From the NCBI GenBank assembly GCA_964016885.1, contig OZ024743.1, positions 107,384,001-107,448,000 of the forward strand: a stretch of 64,000 bases of DNA, given 5' to 3'. Numbering within the stretch: the first letter of the stretch is position 1; each line of letters starts with the position of its first letter. Source of the DNA: Eledone cirrhosa. Lineage: Eukaryota. The translations under genes were made by a program, and so were the position numbers. The notes under the pieces were generated by a model, which was given only the letters and a program-made list of their open reading frames with translations, was not told the DNA's origin and did not search any database. Of this stretch, positions 47,640-61,200 are shown piece by piece.

Positions 47640-50600
47640 AACAACAGTAACAACACCAAGCCCCAGCACAACCAGCATCAACAACAGTAACAACACCAAC
47701 CCCCAGCACTACCAGCATCAACAACAGTATCAACACCAACTCCCAGCACAACCATCATCAACAACAGTAACAACACCAACCCCCAGCACTACCAGCATCA
47801 ACAACAGTAACATCACCAACCCCCAGCACAACCAGCATCAACAACAGTAACAACACCAACCCCCAGCACTACCAGCATCAACAACAGTAACAACACCAAG
47901 CCCCAGCACAGCCAGCATCAACAACAGTAACAACACCAACCCCCAGCACTACCAGCATCAACAACAGTATCAACACCAACTCCCAGCACAACCATCATCA
48001 ACAACAGTAACAACACCAACCCCCAGCACGACCAGCATCAACAACAGTAACATCACCAACCCCCAGCACAACCAGCATCAACAACAGTAACAACACCAAC
48101 CCCCAGCACTACCAGCATCAACAACAGTAACATCACCAATCCCCAGCACAACCAGAATCAACAACAGTAACAACACCAACCCCCAGCACTACCAGCATCA
48201 ACAACAGTAACAACACCAACCCCCAGCACAACCAGCATCAACAACAGTAACAACACCAACTCCCAGCACAACCAGCATTAACAACAGTAACAACACCAAC
48301 TCCCAGCACAACCATCACCAACAACAGTAACAACACCAACCCCCAGCACAACCAGCATCAACAACAGTAACAATACCAACCCCCAGCACAACCAGCATCA
48401 ACAACAGTAACAACACCAAGCCCCAGCACAACCAGCATCAACAACAGTAACAACACCAACCCCCAGCACAACCAGCATCAACAACAGTAACAACACCAAC
48501 CCCCAGCACTACCAGCATCAACAACACTAACAACACCAACCCCCAGCACAACCAGCATCAACAACAGTAACAACACCAACCCCAAGCACAACCAGCATCA
48601 ACAACAGTAACAACACCAACCCCCAGCACAACCAGCATCAACAACAGTAACAACACCAACCCCCAGCACAATCAGCATCAACAACAGAAACAACACCAAC
48701 CCCCAGCACAACCAGCATCAACAACAGTAACATCACCAACCCCCAGCACAACCGGCATCAACAACAGTAACAACACCAACCCCAGCACAATCAGCATCAA
48801 CAACAGTAACAACACCAACCCCACCACAATCAGCATCAACAACAGTAACACCACCAACCCCCAGCACAACCAGCATCAACAACAGTAACATCACCAACCC
48901 CCAGCACAACCAGCATCAACAACAGTAACAACACCAACCCCAGCACAATCAGCATCAACAACCGAAACAACACCAAACCCCAGCACAACCAGCATCGACA
49001 ACAGTAACAACACCAAGCCCCAGCACTACCAGCATCAACAACAGTAACAACACCAAGCCCCAGTACTACCAGCATCAACAACAGTAACAACACCAAGCCC
49101 CAGTACTACCAGCATCAACATTAGTAACATCACCAACCCCCAGCACAACCGGCATCAACAACAGTAACAACACCAAGCCCCAGCACAACCAGCATCAACA
49201 ACAGTAACAACACCAACCCCCAGCACTACCAGCATCAACAACAGTATCAACACCAACTCCCAGCACAACCATCATCAACAACAGTAACAACACCAACCCC
49301 CAGCACTACCAGCATCAACAACAGTAACATCACCAACCCCCAGCACAACCAGCATCAACAACAGTAACAACACCAACCCCCAGCACTACCAGCATCAACA
49401 ACAGTAACAACACCAAGCCCCAGCACAGCCAGCATCAACAACAGTAACAACACCAACCCCCAGCACTACCAGCATCAACAACAGTATCAACACCAACTCC
49501 CAGCACAACCATCATCAACAACAGTAACAACACCAACCCCCAGCACGACCAGCATCAACAACAGTAACATCACCAACCCCCAGCACAACCAGCATCAACA
49601 ACAGTAACAACACCAACCCCCAGCACTACCAGCATCAACAACAGTAACATCACCAATCCCCAGCACAACCAGAATCAACAACAGTAACAACACCAACCCC
49701 CAGCACTACCAGCATCAACAACAGTAACAACACCAACCCCCAGCACAACCAGCATCAACAACAGTAACAACACCAACTCCCAGCACAACCAGCATTAACA
49801 ACAGTAACAACACCAACTCCCAGCACAACCATCACCAACAACAGTAACAACACCAACCCCCAGCACAACCAGCATCAACAACAGTAACAATACCAACCCC
49901 CAGCACAACCAGCATCAACAACAGTAACAACACCAAGCCCCAGCACAACCAGCATCAACAACAGTAACAACACCAACCCCCAGCACAACCAGCATCAACA
50001 ACAGTAACAACACCAACCCCCAGCACTACCAGCATCAACAACACTAACAACACCAACCCCCAGCACAACCAGCATCAACAACAGTAACAACACCAACCCC
50101 AAGCACAACCAGCATCAACAACAGTAACAACACCAACCCCCAGCACAACCAGCATCAACAACAGTAACAACACCAACCCCCAGCACAATCAGCATCAACA
50201 ACAGAAACAACACCAACCCCCAGCACAACCAGCATCAACAACAGTAACATCACCAACCCCCAGCACAACCGGCATCAACAACAGTAACAACACCAACCCC
50301 AGCACAATCAGCATCAACAACAGTAACAACACCAACCCCAGCACAATCAGCATCAACAACAGTAACACCACCAACCCCCAGCACAACCAGCATCAACAAC
50401 AGTAACATCACCAACCCCCAGCACAACCAGCATCAACAACAGTAACAACACCAACCCCAGCACAATCAGCATCAACAACCGAAACAACACCAAACCCCAG
50501 CACAACCAGCATCGACAACAGTAACAACACCAAGCCCCAGCACTACCAGCATCAACAACAGTAACAACACCAAGCCCCAGTACTACCAGCATCAACAACA

Positions 50601-50680
50601 GTAACAACACCAAGCCCCAGTACTACCAGCATCAACATTAGTAACATCACCAACCCCCAGCACAACCGGCATCAACAACA
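47640..50680. repeat. Near-perfect tandem duplication of a 1517-bp (38-monomer) block
   Basis: CACAGCCAGC (about 47907/49424), CCAGAATC (about 48152/49669), CAATACC (48371/49888), ACACTAAC (about 48524/50041); pseudo-ORFs at 48678/50195. Confidence 0.9.
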
Positions 50681-53600
50681 GTAACATCACCAACCCCCAC
50701 CACAACCAGCATCAACAACAGTAACATCACCAACCCCCAGCACAACCAGCATCAACAACAGTAACAACACCAACCCCCAGCACAACCAGCATCAACATCA
50801 GTAACAACACCAACCCCAGCACAACCAGCATCAACAACAGTAACATCACCAACCCCCAGCATAACCAGCATCAACAACAGTAACAACACCAACCCCAGCA
50901 CAATCAGCATCAACAACAGTAACAACACCAACCCCCAGCACAACCAGCATCAACAACAGTAACAGCACCAACCCCCAGCACAACCAGCATCAACAACAGT
51001 AACAGCAACAACCCCCAGCACAATCAGCATCAACAACAGTAACAACACCAACCCCCAGCACAACCAGCATCAACAACAGTAACAGCACCAACCCCCAGCA
51101 CAACCAGCATCAACAACAGTAACAGCACCAACCCCCAGCACAATCAGCATCAACAAGAGTAACAACACCAACCCCCAGCACTACCAGCATCAACAACAGT
51201 AACAGCACCAACCCCCAGCACAATCAGCATCAACAACAGTAACAACACCAACCCCAGCACAATCAGCATCAACAACAGTAACAACACCAACCCCAGCACA
51301 ACCAGCATCAACAACAGTAACATCACCAACCCCCAGCACAATCAGCATCAACAACAGTAACAACACCAACCCCAGCACAATCAGCATCAACAACAGTAAC
51401 AACACCAACCCCAGCACAATCAGCATTAACAACAGTAACAACACGAACCCCAGCACAATCAGCATCAACAACAGTAACAACACCATCCCCAGCACAATCA
51501 GCATCAACAACAGTAACAACACCAACGCCCAGCACAACCAGCATCAACAACAGTAACAACACCAACCCCCAGCACTACCAGCATCAACAACAGTAAAAAC
51601 ACCAACCCCCACAACTACCAGCAGCAACAACAGTAAAAACACCAACCCCCAGCACGACCAGCATCAACAACAGTAACAACACCAACCCCAGTACAACCAG
51701 TATCAACAACAGTAACAACACCAACCCCCAGCACAACCAACATCAACAACAGTAACATCACCAACCCCCAGCACAACCAGCATCAACAACAGTAACAACA
51801 CCAACCCCCAGCACAACCAGCATCAACAACAGCAACAACACCAACCCCAGCACAATCAGCATCAACAACAGTAACACTACCAACCCCCAGGACTACCAGC
51901 ATCAACAACAGTAACACCACCAACCCCAGCACAATCAGCATCAACAACAGTAACAACACCAACCGCAGCACAATCAGCATCAACAACAGTAACATCACCA
52001 ACCCCCAGCACAACCAGCATCAACAACAGTAACATCACCAACCCCCAGCACAACCAGCATCAAAAACAGTAACAACACCAACCCCCAGCACTACCAGCAT
52101 CAACAACAGTAACAACACCAACCCCCAGCACTACCAGCATCAACAACAGTAACAACACCAACCCCCAGCACAACCATCATCAACAACAGTAACAACACCA
52201 ACCCCCAGCACAACCAGCATCAACAACAGTAACAACACCAACCCCCAGCACAACCATCATCAACAACAGTAACAACACCAACTCCCAGCACAACCAGCAT
52301 TAACAACAGTAACAACACCAACTCCCAGCACAACCATCATCAACAACAGTAACAACACCAACCCCCAGCACAACCAGCATCAACAACAGTAACAACACCA
52401 ACCCCCAGCACTACCAGCATCAACAACAGTAACAACACCAACCCCCAGCACAACCAGCATCAACAACAGTAACAACACCAACTCCCAGCACAACCAGCAT
52501 TAACAACAGTAACAACACCAACTCCCAGCACAACCATCAACAACAACAGTAACAACACCAACCCCCAGCACAACCAGCATCAACAACAGTAACAACACCA
52601 AACCCCAGCACAACCAGCATCAACAACAGTAACAACACCAACCCCCAGCACAACCAGCATCAACAACAGTAACAACACCAACTCCCAGCACAACCATCAT
52701 CAACAACAGTAACAATACCAACCCCCAGCACAACCAGCATCAACAACAGTAACAACACCAACCCCCAGCACAACCAGCATCAACATCAGTAACAACACCT
52801 ACCCCAGCACAACCAGCATCAACAACAGTAACATCACCAACCCCAGCACAATCAGCATCAACAACAGTAACAACACCAACCCCAGCACAATCAGCATCAA
52901 CAACAGTAACAACACCAACCCCAGCACAATCAGCATTAACAACAGTAACAACACGAACCCCAGCACAATCAGCATCAACAACAGTAACAACACCATCCCC
53001 AGCACAATCAGCATCAACAACAGTAACAACACCAACGCCCAGCACAACCAGCATCAACAACAGTAACAACACGAACCCCAGCACAATCAGCATCAACAAC
53101 AGTAACAACACCAACGCCCAGCACAACCAGTATCAACAACAGTAACAACACCAACCCCCAGCACAACCAGCATCAACAACAGTAACAACACCAACCCTCA
53201 GCACAACCAGCATCAACAACAGTAACAACACCAACCCCCAGCACAACCAACATCAACAACAGTAACATCACCAACCCCCAGCACTACCAGCATCAACAAC
53301 AGTAACAACACCAACCCCCAGCACTACCAGCATCAACAACAGTAACATCACCAACCCCCAGCACAACCAGCATCAACAACAGTAACAACACCAACCCCCA
53401 GCACAACCAACATCAACAACAGTAACATCACCAACCCCCAGCACTACCAGCATCAACAACAGTAACAACACCAACCCCCAGCACAATCAGCATCAACAAC
53501 AGTAACAACACCAACCGCAGCACAATCAGCATCAACAACAGTAACATCACCAACCCCCAGCACAACCAGCATCAACAACAGTAACATCACCAACCCCCAG

Positions 53601-55259
53601 CATAACCAGCATCAACAACAGTAACAACACCAACTACCAGCATCAACAACAGTAACAACACCAACCCCCAGCACGACCAGCATCAACAACAGTAACAACA
53701 CCAAGCCCCAGCACAACCAGCATCAACAACAGTAACAACACCAACCCCCAGCACTACCAGCATCAACAACAGTATCAACACCAACTCCCAGTACAACCAT
53801 CATCAACAACAGTAACAACACCAACCCCCAGCACTACCAGCATCAACAACAGTAACAACACCAACCCCCAGCACAACTAGCATCAACAACAGTAACAACA
53901 CCAACCCCCAGCACTACCAGCATCAACAACAGTAACAACACCAACCCCCAGCACTACCAGCATCAACAACAGTAACAACACCAACCCCCAGCACTACCAG
54001 CATCAACAACAGTAACAACACCAACCCCCAGCACAACTAGCATCAACAACAGTAACAACACCAACCCCCAGCACTACTAGCATCAACAACAGTAACAACA
54101 CCAACTCCCAGCACTACCAGCATCAACAACAGTAACAACACCAACCCCCAGCACTACCAGCATCAACAACAGTAACAACACCAACCCCCAGCACTACCAG
54201 CATCAACAACAGTAACATGACCAACCCCCAGCACTACCAGCCTCAACAACAGTAACAACACCAACCCCCAGCACAACCAGCATCAACAACAGTAACAACA
54301 CCAACCCCCAGCACTACCAGCATCAACAACAGTAACAACACCAACCCCCAGCACAACCAGCATCAACAACAGTAACAACACCAACCCCCAGCACTACCAG
54401 CATCAACAACAGTAACAACACCAACCCCCAGCACTACCAGCATCAACAACAGTAACAACACCAACCCCCAGCACAACTAGCATCAACAACAGTAACAACA
54501 CCAACCTCCAGCACTACCAGCATCAACAACAGTAACAACACCAACTCCCAGCACTACCAGCATCAACAACAGTAACAACACCAACCCCCAGCACTACCAG
54601 CATCAACAACAGTAACAACACCAACCCCCAGCACTACCAGCATCAACAACAGTAACATCACCAACCCCCAGCACTACCAGCATCAACAACAGTAACAACA
54701 CCAACCCCCAGCACAACCAGCATCAACAACAGTAACAACACCAACCCCCAGCACTACCAGCATCAACAACAGTAACAAAACCAACCCCCAGCACTACCAG
54801 CATCAACAACAGTAACAACACCAACCCCCAGCACTACCAGCATCAACAACAGTAACAACACCAACTCCCAGCACAACCAGCATCAACAACAGTAACAACA
54901 CCAACCCCCAGCACAACCAGCATCAACAACATAACAACACCAACCCCCAGCACAACCAGCATCAACAACAGTAACAACACCAACCCCCAGCACAACTAAC
55001 ATCAACAACAGTAACATCACCAACCCCCAGCACTACCAGCATCAACAACAGTAACAACACCAACCCCCAGCACTACCAGCATCAACAACAGTAACATCAC
55101 CAACCCCCAGCACAACCAGCATCAACAACAGTAACAACACCAACCCCAGCACAATCAGCATCAACAACAGTAACAACACCAACGCCTAGCACAACCAGTA
55201 TCAACAACAGTAACAACACCAACCCCCAGCACAACCAGCATCAACAACAGTAACAACAC

Positions 55260-58200
55260 CAACCCCCAGCACAACCAGCATCAACAACAGTAACAACACC
55301 AACCCCCAGCACAACCAACATCAACAACAGTAACATCACCAACCCCCAGCACTACCAGCATCAACAACAGTAACAACACCAACCCCCAGCACTACCAGCA
55401 TCAACAACAGTAACATCACCAACCCCCAGCACAACCAGCATCAACAACAGTAACAACACCAACCCCCAGCACAACCAACATCAACAACAGTAACATCACC
55501 AACCCCCAGCACTACCAGCATCAACAACAGTAACAACACCAACCCCCAGCACTACCAGCATCAACAACAGTAACATCACCAACCCCCAGCACAACCAGCA
55601 TCAACAACAGTAACAACACCAACCCCCAGCACAACCAACATCAACAACAGTAACATCACCAACCCCCAGCACTAACAGCATCAACAACAGTAACAACACC
55701 AACCCCCAGCACTACCAGCATCAACAACAGTAACATCACCAACCCCCAGCACTACCAGCATCAACAACAGTAACAACACCAACCCCCAGCACAATCAGCA
55801 TCAACAACAGTAACAACACCAACCGCAGCACAATCAGCATCAACAACAGTAACATCACCAACCCCCAGCACAACCAGCATCAACAACAGTAACATCACCA
55901 ACCCCCAGCACAACCAGCATCAACAACAGTAACAACACCAACTACCAGCATCAACAACAGTAACAACACCAACCCCCAGCACTACCAGCATCAACAACAG
56001 TAACAACACCAAGCCCCAGCACAACCAGCATCAACAACAGTAACAACACCAACCCCCAGCACTACCAGCATCAACAACAGTATCAACACCAACTCCCAGC
56101 ACAAACATCATCAACAACAGTAACAACACCAACCCCCAGCACTACCAGCATCAACAACAGTAACAACACCAACCCCCAGCACAACTAGCATCAACAACAG
56201 TAACAACACCAACCCCCAGCACTACCAGCATCAACAACAGTAACAACACCAACCCCCAGCACTACCAGCATCAACAACAGTAACAACACCAACCCCCAGC
56301 ACAACTAGCATCAACAACAGTAACAACACCAACCCCCAGCACTACTAGCATCAACAACAGTAACAACACCAACTCCCAGCACTACCAGCATCAACAACAG
56401 TAACAACACCAACCCCCAGCACTACCAGCATCAACAACAGTAACAACACCAACCCCCAGCACTACCAGCATCAACAACAGTAACATGACCAACCCCCAGC
56501 ACTAACAGCATCAACAACAGTAACAACACCAACCCCCAGCACAACCAGCATAAACAACAGTAACAACACCAACCCCCAGCACTACCAGCATCAACAACAG
56601 TAACAACACCAACCCCCAGCACAACCAGCATCAACAACAGTAACAACACCAACCCCCAGCACTACCAGCATCAACAACAGTAACAACATCAACCCCCAGC
56701 ACTACCAGCATCAACAACAGTAACAACACCAACCCCCAGCACTACCAGCATCAACAACAGTAACAACACCAACCCCCAGCACAACTAGCATCAACAACAG
56801 TAACAACACCAACCCCCAGCACTACCAGCATCAACAACAGTAACAACACCAACTCCCAGCACTACCAGCATCAACAACAGTAACAACACCAACCCCCAGC
56901 ACTACCAGCATCAACAACAGTAACAACACCAACCCCCAGCACTACCAGCATCAACAACAGTAACATCACCAACCCCCAGCACTACCAGCATCAACAACAG
57001 TAACAACACCAACCCCCAGCACAACCAGCATCAACAACAGTAACAACACCAACCCCCAGCACTACCAGCATCAACAACAGTAACAACACCAACCCCCAGC
57101 ACTACCAGCATCAACAACAGTAACAACACCAACCCCCAGCACTACCAGCATCAACAACAGTAACAACACCAACTCCCAGCACAACCAGCATCAACAACAG
57201 TAACAACACCAACCCCCAGCACAACCAGCATCAACAACATAACAACACCAACCCCCAGCACAACCAGCATCAACAACAGTAACAACACCAACTCCCAGCA
57301 CAACCAGCATTAACAACAGTAACAACACCAACTCCCAGCACAACCAGCATCAACAACAGTAACAACACCAACCCCCAGCACTACCAGCATCAACAACAGT
57401 AACAACACCAACTCCCAGCACAACCAGCATCAACAACATAACAACACCAACCCCCAGCACAACCAGCATCAACAACAGTAACAACACCAACTCCCAGCAC
57501 AACCAGCATTAACAACAGTAACAACACCAACTCCCAGCACAACCATCATCAACAACAGTAACATCACCAACCCCCAGCACAACCAGCATCAACAACAGTA
57601 ACAACACCAAACCCCAGCACAACCAGCATCAACAACAGTAATAACACCAACCCCCAGCACAACCAGCATCAACAACAATAACAACACCAACTCCCAGCAC
57701 AACCATCATCAACAACAGTAACAATACCAACCCCCAGCACAACCAGCATCAACAACTGTAACAACACCAACCCCCAGCACTACCAGCATCAACAACAGTA
57801 ACAACACCAACTCCCAGCACAACCATCATCAACAACAGTAACAACACCAACCCCCAGCACTACCAGCATCAACAACAGTAATAACACCAACCCCCAGCAC
57901 AACCAGCATCAACAACAATAACAACACCAACTCCCAGCACAACCATCATCAACAACATAACAATACCAACCCCCAGCACAACCAGCATCAACAACTGTAA
58001 CAACACCAACCCCCAGCACTACCAGCATCAACAACAGTAACAACACCAACTCCCAGCACAACCATCATCAACAACAGTAACAACACCAACCCCCAGCACT
58101 ACCAGCATCAGCAACAGTAACAACACCAACCCCCAGCACTACCAGCATCAACAACAGTAACAACACCAACCCCCAGCACAACCAGCATCAACAACAGTAA

Positions 58201-61200
58201 CAACACCAACCTCCAGCACAACCATCATCAACAACAGTAACAACACCAACCCCCAGCACTACCAGCATCAACAACAGTAACAACACCAACCCCCAGCACA
58301 ATCAGCATCAACAACAGTAACAACACCAACCGCAGCACAATCAGCATCAACAACAGTAACATCACCAACCCCCAGCACAACCAGCATCAACAACAGTAAC
58401 ATCACCAACCCCCAGCACAACCAGCATCAACAACAGTAACAACACCAACTACCAGCATCAACAACAGTAACAACACGAACCCCCAGCACTACCAGCATCA
58501 ACAACAGTAACAACACCAAGCCCCAGCACAACCAGCATCAACAACAGTAACAACACCAACCCCCAGCACTACCAGCATCAACAACAGTATCAACACCAAC
58601 TCCCAGCACAACCATCATCAACAACAGTAACAACACCAACCCCCAGCACTACCAGCATCAACAACAGTAACAACACCAACCCCCAGCACTACCAGCATCA
58701 ACAACAGTAACAACACCAACCCCCAGCACTACCAGCATCAACAACAGTAACAACACCAACCCCCAGCACAACTAGCATCAACAACAGTAACAACACCAAC
58801 TCCCAGCACTACCAGCATCAACAACAGTAACAACACCAACCCCCAGCACTACCAGCATCAACAACAGTAACAACACCAACCCCCAGCACTACCAGCATCA
58901 ACAACAGTAACATCACCAACCCCCAGCACTACCAGCATCAACAACAGTAACAACACCAACCCCCAGCACAACCAGCATCAACAACAGTAACAACACCAAC
59001 CCCCAGCACTACCAGCATCAACAACAGTAACAACACCAACCCCCAGCACTACCAGCATCAACAACAGTAACAACACCAACCCCCAGCACTACCAGCATCA
59101 ACAACAGTAACAACACCAACTCCCAGCACAACCAGCATCAACAACAGTAACAACACCAACCCCCAGCACAACCAGCATCAACAACATAACAACACCAACC
59201 CCCAGCACAACCAGCATCAACAACAGTAACAACACCAACTCCCAGCACAACCAGCATTAACAACAGTAACAACACCAACTCCCAGCACAACCAGCATCAA
59301 CAACAGTAACAACACCAACCCCCAGCACTACCAGCATCAACAACAGTAACAACACCAACTCCCAGCACAACCAGCATCAACAACATAACAACACCAACCC
59401 CCAGCACAACCAGCATCAACAACAGTAACAACACCAACTCCCAGCACAACCAGCATTAACAACAGTAACAACACCAACTCCCAGCACAACCATCATCAAC
59501 AACAGTAACATCACCAACCCCCAGCACAACCAGCATCAACAACAGTAACAACACCAAACCCCAGCACAACCAGCATCAACAACAGTAATAACACCAACCC
59601 CCAGCACAACCAGCATCAACAACAATAACAACACCAACTCCCAGCACAACCATCATCAACAACAGTAACAATACCAACCCCCAGCACAACCAGCATCAAC
59701 AACTGTAACAACACCAACCCCCAGCACTACCAGCATCAACAACAGTAACAACACCAACTCCCAGCACAACCATCATCAACAACAGTAACAACACCAACCC
59801 CCAGCACTACCAGCATCAGCAACAGTAACAACACCAACCCCCAGCACTACCAGCATCAACAACAGTAACAACACCAACCCCCAGCACAACCAGCATCAAC
59901 AACAGTAACAACACCAACCTCCAGCACAACCATCATCAACAACAGTAACAACACCAACCCCCAGCACGACCAGCATCAACAACAGTAACAACACCAACCC
60001 CCAGCACTACCAGCATCAACAACAGTAACAACACCAACTCCCAGCACAACCATCATCAACAACAGTAACAACGCCAACCCCAGTACAAACAGCATCAACA
60101 ACAGTAACAAAACCAACCCCCAACACTACCAGCATCAACAACATAACAACACCAACCCCCAGCACAACCAGCATCAACAACAGTAACAAAACCAACTCCC
60201 AGCACAACCAGCAATAAACAACAGTAACATCACCAACTCCCAGCACAACCAGCATCAACAACAGTAACACCACCAAGCCCCAGCACAACCAGTATCAACT
60301 CCACTAACACCAACAACCCCCATCACAACCAGCATCAACAACAGTAACAAAACCAACTCCCAGCACAACCAGCAATAAACAACAGTAACAATACCAACCC
60401 CCAGCACGACCAGCATCAACAACAGTAACAACACCAACCCCCAGCACTACCAGCATCAACAACAGTAACAACACCAACTCCCAGCACAACCATCATCAAC
60501 AACACAAACAATACCAACCCCCAGCACAACCAGCATCAACAACAGTAACAACACCAACCCCCAGCACTACTAGTATCAACAACAGTAACAACACCAACCC
60601 CCAGCACTACCAGCATCAACAACAGTAACAAAACCAACTCCCAGCACAACCAGCAATAAACAACAGTAACATCACCAACTCCCAGCACAACCAGCATCAA
60701 CAACAGTAACACCACCAAGCCCCAGCACAACCAGTATCAACTCCACTAACACCAACAACCCCCATCACTACCAGTATCAACTCCACCAACACCAACCCCC
60801 AGCACAACTAGCATCAACAACAGTAACAACACCAACCCCCAGCACTACCAGCATCAACAACAGTAACAACACCAACTCCCAGCACAACCATCATCAACAA
60901 CAGTAAAAACACCAACCCCCAGCACTACCAGCATCAACAACAGTAAAAACACCAACCCCCAGCACTACCAGCATCAACAACAGTAACATCACCAACACCC
61001 AGCACTACCAGCATCAACAACAGTAACAACACCAACCCCCAGCACAACCAGCATCAACAACAGTAACAACACCAACCCCCAGCACAACCAGCATCAACAA
61101 CAGTAACAACACCAACCCCCAGCACAACCAGCATCAACAACAGTAACAACACCAACCCCCAGCACTACCAGCATCAACAACAGTAACAACACCAACCCCC

